Assembly (NCBI RefSeq): GCF_964355755.1
Contig: NC_092671.1
Location: 2,542,001 to 2,606,000, forward strand
Length of the DNA stretch: 64,000 nucleotides
Direction of reading: 5' to 3'
DNA from: Antedon mediterranea
Taxonomy: Eukaryota > Animalia > Echinodermata
Within the stretch, counting starts at the first letter, position 1, and the number at the start of each line of letters is the position of its first letter. Positions 50,772-62,610 of this stretch are shown piece by piece. The position numbers and the translations under genes were made by a program. The notes under the pieces were generated by a model, which was not told the DNA's origin, made no database searches, and worked only from the letters and a program-made list of their open reading frames with translations.

Positions 50772-51110
50772 TGAATCAATGGTTTCATCAATAACAGACA
50801 GTTCAATATCAAACAATTCTTTCAAGTTTAAAACAATAATTAATAAATCTATTAGTTATATTTGAATTAAACAATCCAAGTGGAAATCTGAATAGAAATT
50901 ACTACAGCTTAAAATAACAAACCATTTGGTGAAGTTAGAATGTTAATTAAAACGTCAACATCATTAATTAATTTGAGGAACAAAGATGAACTGTCATTTA
51001 ACTAGTGGTTATGAAATCAAAGTAAATTGGTTAAAATAATATTTCAAACCATTTGGCCAAGTTGAAATAATAACAAGATGTTATATCAACTGATGAATTC
51101 AATTAGCACC

Positions 51111-51191
51111 AATTATAGAATTAATTTGAGCAAGAATTATAGAATTAATTTGAGCAAGAATTATAGAATTAATTTGAGCAAGAATTATAGA
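51111..51191. repeat. Minisatellite, 24-bp unit x3.4
   Basis: aattatagaattaatttgagcaag repeated. Confidence 0.92.
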
Positions 51192-54100
51192 TTCTTAAAT
51201 GGTTTGACAAATATTAATTATACAAAATAGTATAAATAAAAGATCAATGAACACCCATTGTTTGTATGACTGTTGACACAGGAGTATCAGAATTTGAGTT
51301 GGCCATCCACAAAAAAAAAACGAACACCTCAAATTTGATTTGCATAGAATTCTGATAATAATAAAGGTCACTACACGGTCCCAAAGAACTAGTGTGTAGG
51401 TGTGTACCCTTCAAATTTACCAGGGTTAACTCCAACCGCCAATTATCTGCCAAATCTACGCAGACATCCACACGAATCTTGTTAAAAAATGATGAATATA
51501 CTGAGTTATCCACTGATTTCCATGGAACTATTAAGTTTCGTAAATGTACCCTAAGTTGTATGTAGGAAGAATCCTTTTTTTTTTATCCAGATTTGGTTTT
51601 TTAGCTACGTTTTATAAAACAATAAAGCAGTACCGATTAAAAACACTTGTGGTCTAATTAATAGTTATACTTACTATTTTCATAAATGTACCCTAATACT
51701 AATAACTATACTATTGATATAATTTTCATTCTAAACTATGAAGTGTTCATTTTCCATTATTTTAGTGTTAGAAACCCAAGTTGCTCTCAAGGTAAATTAA
51801 GAATCAGGTTCTATTATGATTTTACTGCTTAAGTGATTTTATCCCATTAACCAACCAACTCCAATAATTACTACAAACAAAATTAATCTTCTTATTTGTG
51901 GTAGACCTACATTTTGTCATAAAACAGAAAATTGACAATAAATTGTTCGTTCATTGATGCAAAACTGACGTTTACTTATGACGCTAATTAAAACTGGAGT
52001 GATTTAGAGTATGGACACTTTGAACAAGGCATAGTATATCTAATTAAAATGCTTGTACATACTGTACAGTATTTACGATTTAGTATTATCTTTATTAGTC
52101 ACTACTCTGTTTATGAGCATTTAGGTCAGGCTTGTTGAAAAGGAATTTGAAAAATAATTGTTTAAATCTTCAGAAATAAATTAAACATATTTTAGTTTTA
52201 TAACACATTATTTTATATACTGTACGATTCATTTTTGAAATATGATTATATTTTTATAATATTGTAGTATGCAATAAATCTACATCTACAATATTCTTTA
52301 CTTTGTCTCAAAAGGACAAACTAATAAATAGAACTTAAATGTCATATTTTTATCTTATTAATATAATTGTTTCGTGGGTTGCTCTTTTCCTTTTCAGCTT
52401 AATTTAAATTTTTTCATTTGCATTTTTTTATACTTTGCCTGAATTTGAAATTCAATGCATATCAATCCATCAACCCCATTCTGAAACTCTAAATTTTAAT
52501 AATCTAAATGTTAATATTGTTTGAATAAACTTTATTTTTAATACTTCCAAATGCTTTTCCATCAATAATGACCAAAATTAGCATCAATTTTGCAACTTAA
52601 TTGTAAACACGACGCCACTCAACGTGGGATATACATGGCATGCATGTTTACGCTTTATCCATTCAAAGATCAATCAATCACAACACGGCACATAGTGTGT
52701 GTTTGTACCATTACCGAGTACTCATTTAGGACTTAGAATTGACCTTTAGGCCGAGATAACGCTTACTTCCCATCAACGAGTTCAATGTGTACTTAAATAG
52801 GAAGTACAACGGTATACCTACTCGATCACTAATCACAACAAACGCACTATCATTCATCGGCACTTTCAAGGAATTTTTTCGTTAATATAATTTCTTTCAA
52901 ATGAAATACAGACAAATGTAGGCATACAAGCTATTTAGAAATTGTTTAAATATATAATTGTTTTCAGACGTATTATATTTTCTTTTCATAAGAATTAAAT
53001 TTGTGTCAACCTCTGAATTAAATAAATATTACTTTTTAGGTTATTTCATTTAATTTTTACAAAATATTTAATAATTTAATTAATTGTACTGATGTTTTAA
53101 TATAAAGTGTGTATATGTATTACTCATCCTGGCCTCTTCTGATGGTCAATATCAATCAACAAACATTTTTGTTAATTATTTCAATTATTTTTCTGACAAT
53201 CCTACAAATACTATATTATCCAATAATTTTAAAACTATGAATAATATGCACAATATGTCAATTTTAAAAACATAATAATGTAAAACAGATTCAATTTTAA
53301 AACAGCTGTTTAAATTAAGTATGATCATTTCAGGAATAAAAGGTCATCCATACCATAAAGTATAACAATTATGTATAATACAAGTTTAACAAGTGTTATG
53401 CCAAGGACTTGTATCACCAAATAGTGACTATATTCCCAGGTCCCTATGTGCAAACATAGAACAGAGCCATGTGCAACATAATCCCAGGCCATCGCACGGC
53501 AAAGCCACAGGGTATTGACTAGATTTTCAGGTCCTAACAACCAAACCACTGCAGTTTTATATCCATTCACAACATAGTCCCAAGCCATCGTACAACGAAG
53601 GCACAGTGTTTTTGATCAGCAACATACTAGATTTTTAGTAACTTCAACCAAACCACAGTTTAATAGTTCCAGGTACATGCCTAATTAAACCACATGATTT
53701 ATAACTACTGTAACAGCATAGTCAGGGATCCACCTATGTAGTCTGTCAAAAATAGATTTCAAACAGTTCATCATTTTATTTCAGTTGCCAAAGGGTGGGG
53801 GGAGGGGGTTGGGCATGCAGTACTATAGTACTAGATTCCTAGGTCACTGTGTGCAACCATACAACAGGGCTTTGTACCCACATAGAACATAGCAAGATTT
53901 CTAGGACAATTTTAAATAAATTATATATCAGTTAGCTCATAAAATAAGCAGATTTGAGAACAAATAAACATATTTATTTTAATTACATATTTATGAATGA
54001 TAAGTAACAGTAGCATATGGCACACTGCATCAATTATGAAAGTGTGTTTTACTACATATCATCATAGCTAACTATAAAATAGAACTTATTGTAATGTTGT

Positions 54101-54724
54101 TTTATGTCAAATATCTACACCAAAATGAGGTTTTTGGCTAAATAAATAATAATAAATGTTAAAAATCTCTTAATGCTGTTTTTTGTAACCCCTAATTTTC
54201 AAACTGGCAAGCAACCACTTTGCATAACTGTATTTTATTTTTTACTTTTCCACAATAAATGAAGCAGGTTTTCATTCATTCTTATTCTTTCCTGCTCTTT
54301 CGCTCAGTTCGAAAATCACCTTCAACAATTCTTTTTACCAATCAACAATTCTATTTGATTTCGTGTATCATGTCTTAACATCTTATCTAATCTTAACAGT
54401 AAAATAAAAAAATTTGCAAAATCAATAACAAAAGGAAGTTAAAGACATACTCTTTACTCATGGTAACAGAATAGAAGATTCCAGTATTTTTGTCAACAAA
54501 TTGGCTTAAGAAACAATAATGTTATTAACAATATCAAACCGAAACAATATTCAATCTGATAAATAATTACTGACAGTAATCCGAGGATTATAAGTAACAA
54601 TATCCATCCTCCTCCTTATTCATGTAAACAACTCTATTCTCATTTCATACGCATCATCTAACAGCGCGAAACTCACCAATGGATACACTATGATTTATCA
54701 TGCTAAGTCATACTTAAGGCTTAG

Positions 54725-54820
54725 GTAGTGGACTTGAAAGAGTCATGAGTTACAACGCCTAGGTCAGGATTAAACCTGGGACCTTATAATTGGAAGGCAT
54801 GCATGTTAACCACGAAGCTA
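54725..54820 (-). mobile_element. Degenerate tRNA-derived SINE head
   Basis: Minus strand tagcttcgtggttaac (A box)...ggtcccaggtttaatcctg (B-box-like); related copy at 6620-6700. Confidence 0.6.
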
Positions 54821-55238
54821 CTAAAACATACCATGATAAGGAAAAATCAATATTGAACTAATTTTCACTATAAAAGAATCGGTGAACACAGTTCAAGATA
54901 TAATACTATGCTTGAATATAACTCCCCCCACCCCTCCCCCTCCCTAATTTAGGATTAATTCAGACAAAAATATTTGCATAGTCAATACAATTATATTTTT
55001 CCATCCCCTAATTTTTGTCAAAATGTGCACAGGATACCCTGTATTCGGTCCTATACAGTAATGTGTCTGTACCCTTCATATACCAACAGCATAACCAATT
55101 TATTATATGCAGTTATTTTTCTTTCTTAATAATTAACAACTTCTCATATCCTGCTCGCAAAAATAAGTTTCTTGAAACAAAAACAAAAATCACATATTTA
55201 GGCAAAATAATAACGCAAAAATTGGTTAAATTGTTTAC

Positions 55239-55337
55239 CTGTGAAAAGTGAAACCATGACAACCACCAGCGCTTCATAGCACCGGATGTCCGTACATTCC
55301 AGCTTCGCAATCGTGACTTCATTTTTACAGTTGTCAT
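55239..55337 (-). CDS. Candidate alternative first coding exon of tensin (distal)
   Basis: 33 open codons MTTVKMKSRLRSWNVRTSGAMKRWWLSWFHFSQ, higher GC than the flanks, CAG|gtaaac donor in phase 0 compatible with the C1 exon; implies a ~52-kb intron. Confidence 0.6.
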
Positions 55338-57914
55338 AGAACACTTTTAAATGACTATTCCTTGGATTAAATTCTGAGTTCCAATAATAAAAAAAACATC
55401 TAAATATCCCTAATTCCTTTTGCTAGTTATCAGTGCTTTGCCACAGTCTGTCTCTAACACAAGTCGAAAATAAAAAAGCAGTGAGTACTAATGGGTCTGT
55501 CCATTCTTCAACAGGAATAATTTTACAGTGGAATGTTCCATTTAAAATAACTCAGATAAACTAAACCCTATAAAAACATCACTCGATGTTCACACTATTA
55601 TACTACACTAATAATAACTTATGCAATTATATGAAATACAAATATCATTGTTAAAAAAAATATGAATATTTTTAAAAACCCATAACAAAATAATTGTTTC
55701 CATAAAATACAAAACATCTGCTTTGAATTGTTTATTACAATTTATTTGTCAATATCGCCATAGAAATAAACAATTGATGACGTTGTTAATAATAAAATTC
55801 TTTTGATTTTAAGGTGGATCAAAAACCCCTACAGGAAAAATAGAAAGGTCTTTGTTAAAGGATAAATCTAATATTTTAGTATGAGTCATGCGGCAGTTTA
55901 ACACTATGGGTGATAGCTGATAGAACAATCTGAAACAAGAGCACAAAAACGTACTTCCCGTTCACAACGTAGTATCAAAGATAGCCTGCCCTCGTAGGTT
56001 GATGGGAGGCAGGATGTAATTGTTTAAAAATCCCACAGGTCAGATTGACTAATTAGACAAATCCTATGATTAGGTTAGATTTAGTTATTCTAGACACTAT
56101 GCGATCTAATCTTATGGTGGTATCAAAACTATCAGGTTCCATTAAATAGATATTTTGATCATTAATTAAGTGTATAAGATGTATATTATTAAATATGATT
56201 AATAATTGTTGTTATTCAAATTTATATAACATATCACTGAAAAAAAAAATTACAATTTTAATTATTTCTTTCATATTTTTTAATAATAATAATTTTAATT
56301 AAATATTTTAATTTAAACAAATTATTGTTTTAAAATTTGTTATACTTGATTTATAAATATGACTTGCTTTACGATTCTTTTAATTTATTCTAAAATTGAC
56401 TCAATATAACCTGTTATAACAAAAGTATATACTGCCCTCTATAGATAAAAAAAGTTTATAAGCTCCTCCCATAGTTTCCTTTGACCAATCAGCTGTTAGC
56501 AATCAAAATAAGAGATTAAAGTTTAAAGAATATTAAGATTTTTTGAATATTTGTTTTATTATTAAACTATTATGTTATAATAAAAAATAGTGTCATATAT
56601 TTAATTAATTAATTTAATTGTAAGACATTTGGCAAATAACCCGAAGGAAAACATGGGCCAATGTGAACCTCTTCTAACAACAAATGCCAGCCTAAAACAA
56701 CTTTTTAAACTGACCATATCTCCAATTTAAAAAAATTAAAGATTTAGTTAAGATTTTGCTTGCATTAGTCAGGATTTCAAATTATCCCTTTGTTCTCATT
56801 TGTAAATATTTCAAATAATCCACAATGATTGATTACGCTTTCTTCAAACAATAATTGTTATTAAAGAAAATAACTGAAATCTTTCTGCATATCTCCTTTG
56901 ACACACAGCAGGTGGACGGACAAATATATTTCAGAAAATATATTAACAAATAAAATTGTTATTATTATACGTCTCAACCCAAACAAATAAATTATACAAA
57001 TAAAATTGTTCTTATTATACGTCTGATTATAAAAAATATCATCTCATGAACAGACTATAAACCTATCCAAAATTGAAAGTTAAAACCATTTTAATAATGT
57101 GACCGTACTTACGGTATTCACATGCAACAAATTAACCAGTGACTTAAAAATTACCAAGAAGATGCTAGAGGCTCTGAAATGGCATATATCTTATTAAACC
57201 TAACAATTATGTTTCCCATGCAAAATAACAGGGTTGTTTGGCCAGATTTTCTTTGTGAATTTGATGACACAAGTAATTATCATTACCGGTAATAGTTTTG
57301 CTAATAAACAATACTACTTGTCGAAAACCAAAAATAATTGAGGGTGCTATTAGAAAATTCTAAGTGACCTTAGATTTTTCTCATTTACGTCAGATCTAGC
57401 TACTACGTAAGAGGAAATGTTTATGTTATGTTTATACAATAGTATTTTGAATAATTCATTTCAGCCAGCATAGAAAAAGCTCTCCGCTTTCTTAAGATTC
57501 ATGGATTAGTCCTTCAACAATTCACCCTCCTGATTTTCTGAATTAATACAAATATAACGATTATCTAAGTGTCTAAGAACAAGATATAAAATACATAGTA
57601 TTGGTTACAGACTTTAAATTAAAATACAGTCAATTACAAATAATAATTCAAAGTTGCATTTATGGCCCAATATTGATACAAAATACTGTAAATGTTTTAT
57701 TTTTTTTTGTATAAAAATGAAAATTACTTTAAACTTTGATTTATCCAGTTATTATCCGTACAAATAAGCAAAGCCAAGGATTAAATAAATCTTTCAGTTA
57801 AAATCTGTATTAAGAAAAAGAAATCTCCAATTCTGATCAAAACAACACACTAAGTAGTATCTTGTGCGAACTATATGAAATTTGAATGCTAAAATAAAAA
57901 ATGTTTAAATGCAA

Positions 57915-58039
57915 TAGAACTTCTCACTTGGGACGCGATATTTCTTTTTGTACATAAGTTGGGGACCCCTCGTGAAATGTCACAAAATAAACATGAATAT
58001 TTCGCAAGAACGTCTTCCCTTCCAAAATGAGAAGTTCTA
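57915..58039. mobile_element. Small MITE-like element with 12-bp IRs
   Basis: TAGAACTTCTCA (57915) ... TGAGAAGTTCTA (ends 58039). Confidence 0.5.
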
Positions 58040-59598
58040 GCGAATAAAAAAAAACATACAATTATAGTCTTTACTAGACTATTATATTATACCTAAATAC
58101 AGTTGAAATATTATAAAGGGAAGACGTTCTTGCGAAATGGGGAAATGTGTTTGTAACACTACAGGCAACCCTATTATGACACATCTAAAGAGGCACTTTG
58201 TTGGGTCTGGAAGGTTTTTCCTGATTTCTTTAAAGACTTGACTGAAGAATTATCAAATTTCAGCATTAATGATCATTTTTTAATACTTAAGTCTATGAAC
58301 TTAGTGGGCTACTGTATCCTTCACACCAAAACAGCAACAACAACAATCTTTCATAATTTTTTTTAATCAATTAAATAACAGATATAACAGATATTCAATA
58401 TACAATGTAGTGCATATACACTATATTTAAAATATGTCAGCAACTGTTGGCTAATCGTCTTTGGTGTTTTTTGTTTGAGTATTGCTGGTCGAAATCTCTA
58501 AATTTCTTTTCTAAATTTTCTTTTAAAATTCTGTTAATACTATCTAGATGTTATATGAAAATAATTTTTTAAGACAATTTCAGCAAATCAATTTTCGCTT
58601 ATCGCCTCTGAGTCATTTTCAATGCGGTTTTCACAATTGTACTGATTATAAAAGAGAAACTGTTTTCCAATTACAAGCTCATTTACATGTGAATCTATTA
58701 ATTAATTAATTATTTGCGGTGAGGTGCAAAATATATCAGTCTTTTCTCATCAGTTATTGGGCTGGAATGATCTAAAAATGAAAATATGATAATGAACACA
58801 CGATAAAAGCAAGCGATATTTAAGTTACAAATAAATATCAACTTATTGAGAAATTAAAATTAATTATAATATTTATATGTTTTATTTTGTTATTTATTTA
58901 AAAAATCCACCAGCAGAGATAACAACCTCCAATAGAAATGTGATAATTAAGTTTAATCGAAAGGAAAAATCATCAACATCATACAAAAATACATGTTGAT
59001 ACAACTATCAATATGTATTTGTTCAGAAAAGAATTTTATAAAACTTTGGAAGAAATGTAAGTGGGAAGAACCCACACAAGGTTAACAATTAAAAAAAATT
59101 TTTAAAGTTTGATTAATTTCTGATATTTATTTAACAAATAAAGATTCACAATGAAAAAACACCAAACATATTGTATTCACTTTTTTCACTTTTTACAACA
59201 AAAATTTCATAAAGATAGAAACAGAAAATTTAATTTATGAAATATAAATCAGTTAATATTTCCTTTTCAATTAAAAAAAAAACAAATACTATATAACGCT
59301 ACTTGACAAACGACACTTAAATGCGGACACTGTAAACAAATCCAAGTCTCGATCTCATTGAAACCGTTGAAGTCTTCAAGTCTGTAAGTGTGTTATTTTA
59401 AGAAACAGAAATTCCGATTATAAGTAACGTTAGAATGAGATGGACACCTTCACCGAAGTATCAATGAAGATTAAATGTTATTGCATCCCACCAAGCAGTG
59501 AAGCGTGTACAAAGATAGGTAAACAGAAATGGGTTTAAATAAATCTATATGTTCTACTGTATCGGTACTGTATCGGTATGTGGGTTAAATAGAATTAC

Positions 59599-59900
59599 TG
59601 ATGCAGTATAGATAATGAGCATTTGGGATAGCTAAAGAATTACTAGATATCTGGTGTTTTCATAGGTAAATGTTGGTCGCACATTAATGATGCAGTATAG
59701 ATAATGAGCATTTGGGATAGCTAAAGAATTACTAGATATCTGGTGTTTTCATAGGTAAATGTTGGTCGCACATTAATGATGCAGTATAGATAATGAGCAT
59801 TTGGGATAGCTAAAGAATGACTAGATATCTGGTGTTTTCATAGGTAAATGTTGGTCGCACATTAATGATGAAGTATTGATGGTGAGCATTTGCTATAGAT
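59599..59900. repeat. Tandem repeat, 89-bp unit x3.4, near-identical
   Basis: tgatgcagtatagataatgagcatttggg...cgcacattaa starts at 59599, 59688 and 59777; partial copy at 59866. Confidence 0.95.
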
Positions 59901-60318
59901 AAACAATTATTATTTAGCAAGAACTAAAGGTAAATGTGGATCAGGCCCTCTATAGACCCAGTCATGAGTTCATATTACTGATGTATTATTGATCATTTGG
60001 TATAGATAATTATTATATATTTTTAATTTTTAATGGTTCTTTTTTATGTTCTTTAATGAAAATTTTCCAACAATTTTACATCCTATAGTTCAGCATCTTG
60101 CTGAAAAGATATCAAAAACATTGTACAGACATTTCTCGAACCCATGACTTCTTACAAGCCAGTTCCACTCCTAACCATTGTACCATATCAAGTTTCAAGT
60201 TGAAATTTATTGTCAAATACAAAGTAAATGAAATTTGCCTTCCAAGGTTCAAATTACAATTAAAATATAACAGTCAAAAACATACAATACTATACAATGG
60301 ATAAGATAAAATATAAGA

Positions 60319-60362
60319 ATTATTATTATTATTATCATTATTATTATTATTATTATTATTAT
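60319..60362. repeat. (ATT)n microsatellite
   Basis: Direct reading. Confidence 0.95.
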
Positions 60363-60952
60363 GTAACAGTATAAATATTAAAATACTATATAAAGAATAA
60401 AATATAAAACGTCTCAAGTTATCTTTTAAATTGCTTGTTGCTTCTAAATCACTTTTTCTCAGCATAACACCAAATTCAAAAGTACTATTTAAAACAAATA
60501 TTTTACTTCACTATACCTAAATGCTTTCATGGAGAGTATACTCTTAATCTTTACTACGTCATGTTTTCAATAAATTAATACCTTAAAATCAAAAAGTCTT
60601 GAAAAGATGACAGTCACGCAGGAATTGTTTGAAAAACAGATATAAAAAAACACTCCTGATAATGAATATGGATGTACTAGAACCTAAGGTGATTTTAACT
60701 AAAATGACATGGACAACGTTCCATTACAATCTTTTATTCGCCCATTTATCTTATTTATGTTAATTTTTACGCATCTCAAATAGAGTGTTTTGTACATTGT
60801 GTCGTTGAACTGTAACGTGTGACTATATTAGTAGCTAAATTACTCAACAGCAGTGATACAATAATTATATTACAGCATTTGAAATTACCTGCTTTCTAGT
60901 ACACGGTGGATGTTCAGAGTATCAATGAAAATGATTTGTTCGAAAGATGATG

Positions 60953-61055
60953 AGGTATGAGCACCAGTCTAGTTATTTGGAGGTTGTGATTGAATCCGAC
61001 CCGAGCATTACTTGCAAATTTGTTTGCAATATGTACTAGCATAATGTACAGTTAA
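60953..61055 (+). mobile_element. Degenerate copy of the tRNA-derived repeat at 6305-6570
   Basis: gaggtatga..ccagtctagttatttggaggttgtg..tgaatccgacccgagcattacttgcaaatt aligns with the minus strand of 6440-6530. Confidence 0.65.
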
Positions 61056-61119
61056 GTCAGAGTCAGATCCGAGAATTACTTGTAAAAGTTACTTAAAGTC
61101 CATAAGCTCAAAATACATA

Positions 61120-61255
61120 TTCTCAAAGTATGTATGCTGAAAATACATATTATGCTTAAAATACATACGCTCTAAGTACATATGCTCAAAGAACACATGC
61201 TCAAAGAACACATGCTCAAAGAACACATGCTCAAAGAACACATGATCAAAGTATG
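61120..61255. repeat. Minisatellite, 15-bp unit (catgctcaaagaaca)
   Basis: Four near-perfect copies at 61179-61251 plus degenerate upstream copies. Confidence 0.9.
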
Positions 61256-62099
61256 TTCAAAGCTTGTATGCAAATTCTCAAAGTACGGAGGACCTAAAAA
61301 TATATTTTTCTTTTATGTGGCAATAAAAGTTCATATAATGAAAAGTTTCTTAGAATTTTTTTCCATGACCTTTAGATCCAACCTCATTCATAAGGATATC
61401 AGTTTCACAAAACATTACGAACAATTTCATGGCAAAATATCATCATATTCAAATATCTTTATTTTACCAGTTTTCTATGGTGGTCTTGCCTTTTGAGTAT
61501 GTACCAACTACTACGAGACAATTACTCAAACCTGCAAAGCTCGTTATTTTCAGCTCGGAATAGCTGAGGTACCTGTTGTGGATCTCTAGAGGTGGTTAGT
61601 TGATTCTGTCTCTTACAATTTACCTGTGAGTGAAACCTGTGTCACTCACCTATGCCTCCTGCCAGTGTGAGCCTAATAGCATGATTGGGCCTGGTGCCGT
61701 CCAAATTACCCAAACCTCGTCTCTTTTAGATTGAGACGTCGGTAGAGTTCATTCCCTGAAACAACATCGCTTTTATAACATTAAGCTAATATATCAGAAT
61801 AATATAACTGAATGTGAAACACAGCGTCCTGATCTGTACACCTTAGATAATATCGCAAAGTCCACAATCTACCAATTCCAACTGTCTTTTAACATTTTAA
61901 CAACATAGAACACGACAAAATATAGCATCATCAAGATTCTTATCTTTATTCATCAAATTGGTATCATAACATTTTCTTTATTATTTTCTGTTTAAGTGGA
62001 GCTTTCAAATTCAGTATTTGTATTTTCCATTGACCTTAATTTACTAAAAGTAAAAAAAAGTAAATCATTATACAAATATAGTAATAAATGTTTAGCAGT

Positions 62100-62610
62100 G
62101 GAATGGGAAGAATATGTCATGTTGATTAACAGTTCTATTCAACTAATAGCAGAACTAAACATTCGATAATCCATTTAATAAAACCATTAAATAGAAGTTT
62201 TGCTGAATGGCACATGATATGAAATTAACCAATCAAATTGTCATGATTGACTCAGGTGTGTTTAATTTATCATCTCTGATTTGCATTTTGCATTTGATCT
62301 TTTTTTTTATGAATGCATAATTGACTATAGTATCTTACGCTTTGATTAAAGACAAATTTAATTTGCAAACATTAATTCTAATTAGCAGCAACATAGTCAA
62401 AGGATAGACAGACAAATTAAAACCTAAATTAATTTATGAAGCTTTAACGGTGAAGAAGTCACTCAACATTAGGTCTTGTTAGTATACAAGTTGTGAACAC
62501 CATAAACCCATCCTATGTAATCAGTGCAATACCTTCTGATTGGATAATGAACATGTTAGCTGTCAACCGTAATTGAACATTCCGTGCCGCTGGTGCCCCA
62601 TTTAAGGTTA
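62100..62610. promoter_or_regulatory. Putative enhancer/promoter motif cluster (TEAD, CCAAT, AP-1, CArG)
   Basis: GGAATG 62100, CCAAT 62229, TGACTCA 62248, ATTGG 62539, CATTCC 62578, CCATTTAAGG 62598; motif matches only. Confidence 0.3.

Noticed and set aside
59599-59900. 89-bp repeat array as CRISPR-like
   Set aside because: Head-to-tail identical units without unique spacers, in a eukaryotic context with no cas genes.
60274-60465. Poly-Asn ORF
   Set aside because: Translation of an (ATT)n microsatellite.
60889-60950. Minus-strand donor CAG|GTAATT as a coding first exon
   Set aside because: The phase-0 frame has a TGA 11 codons upstream with no ATG.
61182-61496. 104-aa ORF with MLKEH repeats
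   Set aside because: Arises from a 15-bp minisatellite plus AT-rich sequence; no splice or homology support.
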